Made by a program: the position numbers and the translations under genes | Source: an uncultured bacterium | GTDB taxonomy: Bacteria; Patescibacteriota; Microgenomatia; UBA1400; MFAQ01 | Assembly (NCBI GenBank): GCA_963980225.1 | Contig: CAXBYW010000002.1 | Coordinates: 103,582 to 167,581 of the forward strand | Length of the DNA: 64,000 nt | Direction: 5' to 3' | Notes under the pieces: generated by a model | What the model was told of the DNA's origin: nothing | Database searches by the model: none | Seen by the model: only the letters and a program-made list of their open reading frames with translations | Part shown: in pieces, positions 48,834 through 57,682 of the stretch | How the letters are laid out: every line of letters starts with the position of its first letter | How positions within the stretch are numbered: the first letter of the stretch is position 1

Positions 48834-50417
48834 ATGGATAAAATAACTCTCTCCCTACAGACAATCTCCTTACTTATCAATTCAGGAGAGTCAAAAAAAG
48901 CTCTTGAGAGATTGGCTGAATTCGAAAGGGAAAACTCTGACGACAAAAGGCTGATATTTTATAAGCCTGGTTTTTTAGTTGATATAGGGAATGATCTCAG
49001 GGACGTAAAAATCATTAGTGAAGGGATTGATATTGGTGAGCTAACGCTAACAAAAACAAAGAATAACAAGACACAGGCTTATCTCCACTACTGTTTGGCA
49101 AATGGGTACACATGTATGTATCAGCTTACGGAAAGAATGGGTGGTGCTGTAGACAGGACTATACCTCAAAGTGAGAATCTCCTCAAAGCAAAACAGCACC
49201 TATTTCAAGCTAGAGATATTAAAATTGATGACCCAAACCTAGAAGTACAATTGTTTGTTAACTTGGGTAACTGCTTAGATACATTCGGCAGAGGCATTGA
49301 AGCAATTAGTGTTTACGATAAAGCATTGCGAATAAATAAAAGCTTTTCCATGGCTATTGCCAATAAAGCCAAGGCTCTGAGAGCATTTGCAGAAATTTCC
49401 GATAAATACAGAGCATCAATATATGTTGAAGCATATCAAGATATAAAATCGGTTATTGATAAACCAGATCTTGTTGCAGTTGGTGGTTTAGGAGCGAAGC
49501 AGGATTTTGAGCGTGAACTTTCTTACATAGAATCCCGTTTCCAAGACAAAACGCTTCTACAGAAAAAGCTTAAACATCCCCCGTACAAAACCGCAAACCT
49601 CTCTGATTTTGAAAAGTTCTATTTAAAATTTTGCAATAAAGAGAAATTGTTCTTAAACTTCCACCTCCATCAGGATCATTGTGAGGCAGCAATCGAGGAT
49701 CCAGTATTTATCAGACTAATAACTAAAGTCGATGATAATGATACTTTTTACAATCTAGCCAAGCACCTCAATCAAATTAAAGAAGACTATGCCGTCGCCA
49801 GGTTGAATCTGGTCCAATCCCAATACAAGCAGAAAGCCTTCAATAACATTAGCAAGAGAACCAGTTATGTATATGCTTTGGACTACTCCCAATTTAATCT
49901 CTATGTTGGTTTATTGAAGTCAGCGTTTAGAGACGCATTCAACATATTAGATAAAATCGCCATATTTATTAATGACTACTATAAACTTGGATTCAATGAA
50001 AATGATATATATTTCGATTCATTAAGGCGAACCGGAGGAACAGCTTCAATCTGGGAAGATAAAGGAGTTATTAGAAAAGAAATTCTCAACTCAGAAAACC
50101 TAAGCCTATATGCCCTTTATGACATTTATCGTGATTTTAAGCAAAATCGATACAGAAGAATTCAGGATATTAGGAATGCTCTTACACACAGGAGGTTAAT
50201 CGTTTTTGACTCGCTAATTACGAGTGTTGCCGATAAAACCGATAAACACAACATTGACTCTGATACTATTCTTCAAGAAACAGTGGATCTGATGCGCTTA
50301 ACCAAGGCAGCAATCATTTACCTGATTAACTTTGTGAACTCTGAGGAAGAAAAGAAGCACAAGAACAGTGATAAACCAATCCTGAATATGTATGCCGATA
50401 CCTCACAGTTCTTGTAA
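48834..50417 (+). CDS. TPR plus HEPN (LA2681-like) protein
   Basis: TPR NLGNCLD..GR..EAI..YDKAL; NQIKEDY..AR; HEPN RNALTH. Confidence 0.85.
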   Translation: MDKITLSLQTISLLINSGESKKALERLAEFERENSDDKRLIFYKPGFLVDIGNDLRDVKIISEGIDIGELTLTKTKNNKTQAYLHYCLANGYTCMYQLTERMGGAVDRTIPQSENLLKAKQHLFQARDIKIDDPNLEVQLFVNLGNCLDTFGRGIEAISVYDKALRINKSFSMAIANKAKALRAFAEISDKYRASIYVEAYQDIKSVIDKPDLVAVGGLGAKQDFERELSYIESRFQDKTLLQKKLKHPPYKTANLSDFEKFYLKFCNKEKLFLNFHLHQDHCEAAIEDPVFIRLITKVDDNDTFYNLAKHLNQIKEDYAVARLNLVQSQYKQKAFNNISKRTSYVYALDYSQFNLYVGLLKSAFRDAFNILDKIAIFINDYYKLGFNENDIYFDSLRRTGGTASIWEDKGVIRKEILNSENLSLYALYDIYRDFKQNRYRRIQDIRNALTHRRLIVFDSLITSVADKTDKHNIDSDTILQETVDLMRLTKAAIIYLINFVNSEEEKKHKNSDKPILNMYADTSQFL

Positions 50418-50455
50418 GACTTTTTCACAGAATTTTTGTATAATTTAGATAACCT

Positions 50456-52549
50456 ATGGAACCAAAGGCCGATCATATGGAGAGAGAAACACCAACAACC
50501 CTACATGCATTGCGTAAAGATAATCAAACTGAAATTCTCGGTCATTTTTCTCCTGACCAACAACAAGATATCCGCCATAGACAACAAATCCTCTCTTCAC
50601 TTGCCTACTTTATCGGTAAAGATTTTCAGATACCTGTTGAATTGAATCAACCCGGTGCAGGCTGGCATTGGGATTTTGGTCAAAACAAAATTCGCATTGA
50701 CCCAAAAGACTTACTGGAGAAAGAAATGGACTATCTCCGCTTTGTTATTTCCCACGAAGGCGGTCATAGGCGAGTTTCTCGAACTGAAGATATTCCCACA
50801 GAAACATGGCGACAACCAGGATTCTCTTTCATGATGAATGCAATTGAGGATCCTAGAACTAATAACTTTGTGGCGGAAGCCTACCCTCGCTTCCGTGATC
50901 AAATGGATATTGCTTACCAAGAAGACTTGGATTTTGAAGATAAAGCTAAAGACAAAGCTCATGAACAGCTAGGCTATACTCCCAGATTTATGCAGGCCGG
51001 GTTTGAATATATTCGCCAGTGGTACGGAGAAACCCAAGGCGAAGAACTAGGTACTTTGAAAGAAGATCTTCCCGAAGAAGTAAGAATCGTGGTTGATCAA
51101 ACTTTAGAAAGTGCTAGAGACTCTTGGTTACGTTATCCCTCAAAACGGGAAGCTGATGAGAGCGAGGAGTTAATCAGAAGATATGCCAACGTCAGCTATG
51201 AAATAAACCGTGACGAAGTCTGGCCGGAATTTCAGAAACTGGTTGAGCAGGATATGCAGGATCAAGAAATGCAAGAGTTTATGAAAGATATGCAGGGTGA
51301 TGGCGATGGTGAAGGACAGCAGGGACTTCCTCAGGAACTTACCGATTCGCTTACGGAAGAAGAACAAAGAGAACTGGAGGAGGCCATAGAGAACGCTCAG
51401 CAGGGAAACCAAGCAGGTCAGGAAGGCGATGGTCAACCAAGAGCTATAGACCTCGATTCTCTTTCCGAAGGGCTGAAACAAAAAATCAAGGACTATATTG
51501 ACTCCTTACCTGAAGATGTCAAACGGGAGCTGGTAGAAAAAGCACAACAGGCTCTACAGGACTTTGAGCGAGAGATAAATGAAGAATTTGAAGGAAAATT
51601 GTCCGATAGCCCTGAGAAGCAAACCCAGCGAGGTGAGATGGAAGGAAAAAAAAGCAAAACCCAACCTGAATCTGGAGATGAAACTCAAGGAGAACAACAA
51701 CCCGAACAGACAGCAGACCAAAAAAGATTTAAAGATCTTATTGAAAAAACTTTGCTTGGTGACGAAAATATTTACGAAGAATACCGACGTGATGTCCTTC
51801 CTCAGATAGACGCTCTTGAAGCTGACTTACGAGAAATATTTGTAGCCAGACGAGCACAAAAATGGCAGACTGGTTATAAGTCAGGAAAGCGCATTGACAT
51901 TAAAAGAAGAATGCAAGAAAAAGCTTTGGGTATCTCTGCTGTAGAAAGTCGAGCTTGGCAAAAACGAGAAATACCCCAGGAGAAAGATTATGCAATCGGT
52001 CTTTTGGTTGATTTGTCAGGCTCTATGAGGGGTTCAAAAATACGAGAAACATTTAAAGCAACCATTGTATTGGCCGAAGTACTCAACAGGCTCTCAATAA
52101 ATACTGAAATTTTAGGTTTTAACGACAGGTTATATGAATATCAGCCATTTGGGTACGATATGGGTCGGGAGGTACGAGAACATATGGGTGGAATGTTACA
52201 AGAAGTAGACACAGAAGCTGCTTCTTATAACGATGATGGCTGGGCAGTTCAACAAGCCTCGAAAAGGCTTGCGCGCCAAAAAGCAGCTGAAAAATTCCTG
52301 TTTGTCCTTTCTGACGGCTTACCTGAAGAATCAAGAGCGCACTCCGGTTCTCAATATGAACTTGGCAAAATGGTTAGTCAAATAATGGAAGAGACTGATC
52401 AAAAACTAATAGGGCTAGGAATTGGTCCTGGGACAGATCACGTTGAACGCTATTATCCTAACAGCGTAGCAAACATTGGAGTGCGTGAAATGTCAGAAAA
52501 ATTAGCTGACATTATCAGGGAAGTAATCGCCAATTATGACACTTTCTAG
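50456..52549 (+). CDS. CobT-like vWA-domain protein (MoxR partner)
   Basis: HEGGH and NAIEDPR N-terminal motifs, acidic Gln/Glu linker, MIDAS DLSGSM, VLSDG.P. Confidence 0.88.
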   Translation: MEPKADHMERETPTTLHALRKDNQTEILGHFSPDQQQDIRHRQQILSSLAYFIGKDFQIPVELNQPGAGWHWDFGQNKIRIDPKDLLEKEMDYLRFVISHEGGHRRVSRTEDIPTETWRQPGFSFMMNAIEDPRTNNFVAEAYPRFRDQMDIAYQEDLDFEDKAKDKAHEQLGYTPRFMQAGFEYIRQWYGETQGEELGTLKEDLPEEVRIVVDQTLESARDSWLRYPSKREADESEELIRRYANVSYEINRDEVWPEFQKLVEQDMQDQEMQEFMKDMQGDGDGEGQQGLPQELTDSLTEEEQRELEEAIENAQQGNQAGQEGDGQPRAIDLDSLSEGLKQKIKDYIDSLPEDVKRELVEKAQQALQDFEREINEEFEGKLSDSPEKQTQRGEMEGKKSKTQPESGDETQGEQQPEQTADQKRFKDLIEKTLLGDENIYEEYRRDVLPQIDALEADLREIFVARRAQKWQTGYKSGKRIDIKRRMQEKALGISAVESRAWQKREIPQEKDYAIGLLVDLSGSMRGSKIRETFKATIVLAEVLNRLSINTEILGFNDRLYEYQPFGYDMGREVREHMGGMLQEVDTEAASYNDDGWAVQQASKRLARQKAAEKFLFVLSDGLPEESRAHSGSQYELGKMVSQIMEETDQKLIGLGIGPGTDHVERYYPNSVANIGVREMSEKLADIIREVIANYDTF

Positions 52550-52566
52550 TATACTATGCATAACTT

Positions 52567-52977
52567 ATGAAAAATACACTTGATGATTTCTTAAAATACG
52601 TAATTTCTCAAAAAGAAGTCTCTTTAATTCTTGCGAAAGATGATGAGGAACTCAAAAAGCTAACAGAAAAACTAGAAAAAGCTGGTTTTAGACAGGCGGT
52701 CGATACGTCTGATTTGTTTAAACAAATCACTAAAGCTTCGAAAACGTTTGTTGCAGTTAAGGATAGTTTATCCAAAGACCTATACGATTTTGCCGTTCAA
52801 TACCCCACTGGCCAGGTAGAAATCTATGACAAATTCAATTTAAAATCTCAGACAGTAATACCAACCTATAAAGACGTTTCTGTTGTTTACGCATTAACTA
52901 AAGCTACCCTTAAAAAGACTCAAGAATCTGGATTTAGGATCCTTGAGTTAATGGGTATAACTTACCAAAGTAAATAA
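52567..52977 (+). CDS. hypothetical protein
   Basis: 136-aa ORF between the vWA and MoxR genes; YDFAVQYPTGQV. Confidence 0.7.
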   Translation: MKNTLDDFLKYVISQKEVSLILAKDDEELKKLTEKLEKAGFRQAVDTSDLFKQITKASKTFVAVKDSLSKDLYDFAVQYPTGQVEIYDKFNLKSQTVIPTYKDVSVVYALTKATLKKTQESGFRILELMGITYQSK

Positions 52978-52982
52978 AACAT

Positions 52983-54926
52983 ATGCCAGACGAAACCATG
53001 GAAAGACATGAATTCACACCCACACCTGAACATCCTGTTGAGGAAACACAAGACACAATTGCATATTTAGGTGTTCGTTTACCAAAAGCCCAGAATGCTG
53101 AGGGTCATTTTGTTCCTCGCCGGGAACAGTATGCCGATTATATTAACGACAGATTCTCGCTAGGTTTACAAAAAGACATAGCGGTCAGTTTTCTACAAGG
53201 AGATCCTATATTAGTTGAAGGAGGAACCAGTATTGGTAAAACCACTACAGTGAGAAAAATGGCAGCAGATCTTGGTTGGGAAGTCCATTATGCAAACTTG
53301 AATGGCGCTACTGATGTTGAAGACTTAATGGGAAGGTATATTCCCAATCCAGACAAACGAGGTTCTGATGATACTGAGTATGTTTTTGCTGACGGAAAGG
53401 TTACTTCAGGCTTAAGACAGGAAGACGGTAAAGTTAAAGTGATTATTCTGGATGAATTCAACTCAGCCGCTCCAAACATTGTTATCCGCCTTCATGAGGT
53501 TTTAGATGCAATTGACCGCGGTGAATCGGTTGTACTTTCAGAAGACGCTTCAGAATCCATCCCCGTCAGCAAAAAGACAACTAAAGTAGTGGCTCTCATG
53601 AATCCCCCAGGAAAGGGATATTTTGGTCGAGAACCACTTGATCCTGCTCAATTAAGGCGTTGGGTGTATCTTAAAGCTCCTTCAGACCTGCCTGAAGACA
53701 CATTTTCTTATTCAACAGATGCCTTGTTTGCCCTTGCTTCTCAAGATGAAGAAGTTCCTCCTGAAGCATTTTTAGTGTCACAAGACTATGCTCTCCTACC
53801 CGAACAGTTGCAAGAAATCCCAGGAATTGATTCCATCCTTGGAAAATATAAGGAATTTCATAAGGCTGCTAAAGAATTAGTTAAGGGAAGAAGAATAGCT
53901 GCCGATCAACCCCAACCTTTTACTTATGACGACAGAATGGAACCACGAAGGGTTAGAGATTTCATCCTAAGATTTTATAACGGCGATATCAATGAAACAT
54001 TCCAGGGTGCTCTGCGTTATTACTATTCAAACAAACTTGATTCCGATGTTGACAGACAAAAATTAGAAGAACTGATCCGACACGTCGAGTATATGGCGCC
54101 TCAAAATGTTTCCTCAAGGAGAGGTCTTGACCGAACTTCCACAGAGGCTCCAGAAAGACAAAGAGAAACGGTAGAGATATCTCATGAGCAAGACGCTTGG
54201 AGTGATGTGTTGGGTACGAACATAGAAGTTCCACCACTTCCTTCGGAAGTAACCCCAGAGGTACAAAGAAACCTAGAACGCCTTGGTTTTGAACTAAGAT
54301 TTATTCCCAAGCTTGACATCGGAACCTTGGATGAACTCCAGCGAAATGGCCAAGAAGAATTTTTGAACGATATACAACGTCGTTATCCCAATTGGCGAAG
54401 GTATGAAACTCTCTCCGGAGAGGAACGGGAAGATCACAGTGTGGGAAGAAACTTAGAAGAATGGTTTTGGGGATTGGCTAAAGATGGCAGAATGGAGTTT
54501 CCTCAATTGCCTGGTACTTGGGTAGCAGTGGAAACCATGCCTAAACCGTCTTACGGTGATTCCTATGAAAAAACTCTCGCAGGTGAAGCCTTGGGTTTAG
54601 AAGACCGTTTCAATGTTTCTTGGGATGATGCTCATCAAGCAATCGAAACTCATAAACGTGAGCTCTTAGATGACATGGGATTAGCCACTTCTGTGGATGT
54701 GCGGATGTTAGAAGCTGTTGAGTGGAATTTGCTGGCTAATCGTGAAGGCTGGGGTACAACTGACACTTATGAATGGACAAATACTGAAGCACGTGCTGGC
54801 GGCGATCCTCGCCGTGTCGTTGTTGGTGCCTCCGACGATGGTGGGGCCGCTAGCGCCCCTTGGGGTCACCCGACGTTCTCGGGTGGCCGCGTTGGTTTCC
54901 GTGTCGCTGTAGTTCTTGGTACTTGA
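52983..54926 (+). CDS. MoxR/AAA_5 ATPase with C-terminal DGR variable (CLec-like) domain
   Basis: GGTSIGKT Walker A, ILDEFN Walker B, MNP, LDPAQLRRW; C-terminus YEWT...GFR containing the VR. Confidence 0.9.
   Translation: MPDETMERHEFTPTPEHPVEETQDTIAYLGVRLPKAQNAEGHFVPRREQYADYINDRFSLGLQKDIAVSFLQGDPILVEGGTSIGKTTTVRKMAADLGWEVHYANLNGATDVEDLMGRYIPNPDKRGSDDTEYVFADGKVTSGLRQEDGKVKVIILDEFNSAAPNIVIRLHEVLDAIDRGESVVLSEDASESIPVSKKTTKVVALMNPPGKGYFGREPLDPAQLRRWVYLKAPSDLPEDTFSYSTDALFALASQDEEVPPEAFLVSQDYALLPEQLQEIPGIDSILGKYKEFHKAAKELVKGRRIAADQPQPFTYDDRMEPRRVRDFILRFYNGDINETFQGALRYYYSNKLDSDVDRQKLEELIRHVEYMAPQNVSSRRGLDRTSTEAPERQRETVEISHEQDAWSDVLGTNIEVPPLPSEVTPEVQRNLERLGFELRFIPKLDIGTLDELQRNGQEEFLNDIQRRYPNWRRYETLSGEEREDHSVGRNLEEWFWGLAKDGRMEFPQLPGTWVAVETMPKPSYGDSYEKTLAGEALGLEDRFNVSWDDAHQAIETHKRELLDDMGLATSVDVRMLEAVEWNLLANREGWGTTDTYEWTNTEARAGGDPRRVVVGASDDGGAASAPWGHPTFSGGRVGFRVAVVLGT
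54791..54913 (+). repeat. DGR variable repeat (VR)
   Basis: 123-bp gapless match to 55387-55509; 21 mismatches, all opposite TR adenines. Confidence 0.97.
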
Positions 54927-54971
54927 TCTCTTGAATTCTTGGTTCTTTTGGTTTCTTGTTACTTGGTCCCT

Positions 54972-54998
54972 TGACCCGCGAAGCGGGTCATTTTTTTT
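54972..54998 (+). promoter_or_regulatory. DGR target-recognition hairpin, possibly also a terminator
   Basis: TGACCCGC-GAA-GCGGGTCA perfect 8-bp stem with 3-nt loop, followed by T8. Confidence 0.85.
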
Positions 54999-55386
54999 CA
55001 AAAAAATTTATACCCTATCTTTTGATGTTTATAAATAGCATTTACCCTTGATTTTTACTCCCCACCTTATTTATACTTCAACTTAGATTTTGTTAATGAA
55101 AATACAAGCACGCTTGCATTTCACAAAATTGCTCTTCTTTAGAGCTAGGCCGGAATTCTTGCGGTTACGGCTGCAAGGAGAGTGCTGATAAAGGAGAGAT
55201 AAAACTACTTGCTTACTTTTGAAGATCTCAGGGAAGCCTGAGTCAATTAAAATACAGGAGAGAGTTTTTAAGAAATTAAAAACAATCTTGGGTAGTATCG
55301 AAAGAGTGAAAAGAACATTAAGAATCCAGTGGTAATAATGAGTCAGAGTTATTCTCTAACTCAGGAAAGAAAGTAGGCAACGCGAA

Positions 55387-55509
55387 ACGTGATGACGGCG
55401 ATCCTAACCGTGTCATTGTTGGTAACTCCGACAATGGTGGAGCCGCTAACGCCAATTGGAATCACCCGACGAACTCGAATGACAACGTTGGTTTCCGTGT
55501 CGCTGTAGT
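55387..55509 (+). ncRNA. DGR template repeat (TR)
   Basis: intergenic copy of the VR with nine AAC/AAT codons in the VR frame. Confidence 0.95.
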
Positions 55510-55555
55510 CTTATCTCAGAACGCTCAAAAAAATCTGCCCAGAGAGTCAGGTAAC

Positions 55556-55942
55556 TCAAGAACGATAGGTAGATGCTTTAATCCAGCCACCAAGCATCTT
55601 GCCTATCTCTTGAAGTTGAGACTCAAGAAGGAGGTATTTCTTGTTATCAAGAATCTTTAAATCTTTACAACACCTTATGAGAACTTTTAATACATCAAGC
55701 TTTATGCTCGCCCCTTGTAAAGTGGGAACTTTTTCTGATTTTGATAATTGGCTGGCAGTAATAATATCTTCAATCAATCCCAAAATACCATTTTCAATTT
55801 TTTGTCCAATGGTATATCGATCTTTTTTAGGAAAATGAGATACAAGTTGATAGAAAAACTTATAAAGCTCGTATGTTTTCTGAAAGATCGGAATGTCTAA
55901 ATTAAGCCTGCCTGATTCAAAATCAGTATGAGAATTTGCCAT
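55556..55942 (-). CDS. avd: DGR accessory variability determinant (four-helix bundle)
   Basis: PIFQKTYEL...FPKKDRYTIGQKI...EIGKMLGGW; lies between TR and RT. Confidence 0.9.
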   Translation of the reverse strand: MANSHTDFESGRLNLDIPIFQKTYELYKFFYQLVSHFPKKDRYTIGQKIENGILGLIEDIITASQLSKSEKVPTLQGASIKLDVLKVLIRCCKDLKILDNKKYLLLESQLQEIGKMLGGWIKASTYRS

Positions 55943-56302
55943 AATAATTATAATGAAATTATAACACTTGAAAATCTATTTCTGGCATGGGAAGGGTTTG
56001 CTAAAGGCAAGAGATCGAAAGCTGATGTAATAAATTTTGAACGAAACTTAGAAGATAATATTTTCAGCCTACACAAAGAGCTTAAGGATAAAGTATATCA
56101 ACACGGAAACTATCAGGAGTTTTATGTTCGAGATCCCAAAATACGCCATATCCACAAAGCTTGCGTCAAAGATAGGGTTGTTCATCATTTAACTAGTAAA
56201 ATACTGGAACAGGTTTTTGATCCAACTTTTTATCCCCACTCCTACTCTTGTCGCAAAGGAAAAGGTACACACAAAGCTGTCCAGGCATTTACAAAGATGG
56301 CT
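55928..56302 (+). pseudogene. DGR reverse transcriptase, N-terminal ~125 aa only
   Basis: ENLFLAW...KGKR, DPKIRHI...KDRVVHH, SYSCRKGKGTHKA; no YxDD; the frame continues into unrelated sequence to 56506. Confidence 0.9.
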
Positions 56303-56486
56303 CAGGGCGAGCTGGATGAAGCTAATAAAGCCAAGGGGCGTGCGCTTATTGAAACCCAGGAGTATAAGGGTAAATTTAAAAACTGCCAGAAAGACAAGGG
56401 TAAATTTGATCCAACACCACAGATTATTCTCTCTTTGGCTATTCAGTACATTGGAAACATTATTAGAAGAAAAGGAGGTGATCAAT

Positions 56487-56750
56487 ATGAACAACATTTA
56501 CCCTGAATGGAAGAAGGTGTTGTGGAGATTCGGCCGCATTTTCCTGTCAGCATTTCTATTTACTGGCTCACTAGTGCTTATCAACACACAGCCAGAAGCA
56601 CTGACTAGCTGGGACAAATTTTTCAATATGCTGGTTTTACCCTTCCTCTTGTCCGGAGGAATAGCAGGTATCAATGCTGTCGGTAAGCTTTTGCGTGACA
56701 CGTTTGGATCGGAAGATAAAAATAGTCTAGTCGATAAATTACCATTCTAA
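56487..56750 (+). CDS. holin-like small membrane protein
   Basis: AAGGAGGTG RBS, 87 aa, two TM segments. Confidence 0.55.
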   Translation: MNNIYPEWKKVLWRFGRIFLSAFLFTGSLVLINTQPEALTSWDKFFNMLVLPFLLSGGIAGINAVGKLLRDTFGSEDKNSLVDKLPF

Positions 56751-57007
56751 TGCCCATGAAAGATGATGAATCGGTAAACACCATAAAAATGTTTGAACGA
56801 GTAGCCAAACTTGAAGAAAGAGTTGATGGTGGCTTTGGGTTTATTGGCAAGGAACTAAAGGAGATCAAAGAAAACCACCTGCACCAATTACAAGCAGACG
56901 TGAGCGACCTGAAAATAAAAGTAAATACGATTACGGTAAAGGTTGGTGTGGTGGTTGCGGTTGCAACCATATTGATCGACTTAGCTTTTCGCTTTCTGTT
57001 TCGGTGA
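56750..57007 (+). CDS. XhlA-like phage membrane protein
   Basis: ERVAKLEE coiled coil plus C-terminal TM. Confidence 0.55.
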   Translation: MPMKDDESVNTIKMFERVAKLEERVDGGFGFIGKELKEIKENHLHQLQADVSDLKIKVNTITVKVGVVVAVATILIDLAFRFLFR

Positions 57008-57286
57008 AGATGTCTTTTTCTTGGCTTTTTTTTCAGTGATTTTTTTGTTGCCACTGAAAATTAGATTACTAAGGTCTTCAGTGAAGCCTTTAAAGGAATT
57101 TGCATTTAAAACATGGAAGTGACCAGCCTCGGGGCTTCCAGTAAAAATAAGAGTATCTCCAGAACTGATATTATGCGCTTTTCTCAATTTAGCTGGAATT
57201 ACTATCTGTCCTTTGGAACTTACTGGTGCGGTACCGAAAACAGTCATCTTAACTGATTGTTTCTTTTTTTTAGTCTTACTTTTCAT
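56981..57286 (-). CDS. AbrB/MazE/SpoVT-family DNA-binding protein
   Basis: VSSKGQIVIPAKLRKAHNISSGD. Confidence 0.88.
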   Translation of the reverse strand: MKSKTKKKKQSVKMTVFGTAPVSSKGQIVIPAKLRKAHNISSGDTLIFTGSPEAGHFHVLNANSFKGFTEDLSNLIFSGNKKITEKKAKKKTSSPKQKAKS

Positions 57287-57508
57287 ATTCTTTTTAAAAC
57301 TATAATTTGAATTGGATCTCTTCGTGTGAGACAAAATCATTCAGGGGCAGATCTAACAATTCCTACATTTAAGAAATCTCTTTAATTAAGGTCATAAGTA
57401 TTATACAATATATCTTGTAGAAGTTAGCATAAAAACGACAAAACTGACAGTAGTTAACAGTAACAACCTTGTGTAAACAGGCATTGAGGAAGTAAAATAT
57501 GAAGAATG

Positions 57509-57625
57509 CTAATTGTAAACAGTAAAAGATTTGATATCCAAATGTTCTTTAAGCAAGGCAAGCTGGAATTCCAAATTTGGCGTAACCAGAGGTTTTAGGT
57601 TCGAGCCAAGTACGGTGACCAGCTC
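57509..57625. other. distal attP-like arm of the tRNA-Gly island
   Basis: core GCTC 57622-57625; AGGTTCGAGCCAAG at 57597-57610; encodes ELVTVLGSNLKPLVTPNLEFQLALLKEHLDIKSFTVYN*. Confidence 0.7.
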
Positions 57626-57682
57626 TTTTAATTTGGGTCTTGACGGAGTAATAATAAGTCGTATATATTCAAGTAATCGAAT

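Larger units (their letters stand above)
47882..57625. mobile_element. about 9.7-kb island at tRNA-Gly (eroded prophage or integrative element)
   Basis: ACC(C/A)GCTC at both ends; distal arm with GGTTCGA motif; cargo of DGR, HEPN, holin-like and AbrB genes. Confidence 0.7.

Noticed and set aside
54708-55001. Alternative-frame ORFs over the VR
   Set aside because: Shadow ORFs of the GC-rich VR; the TR AAY codon phase matches the MoxR frame only.
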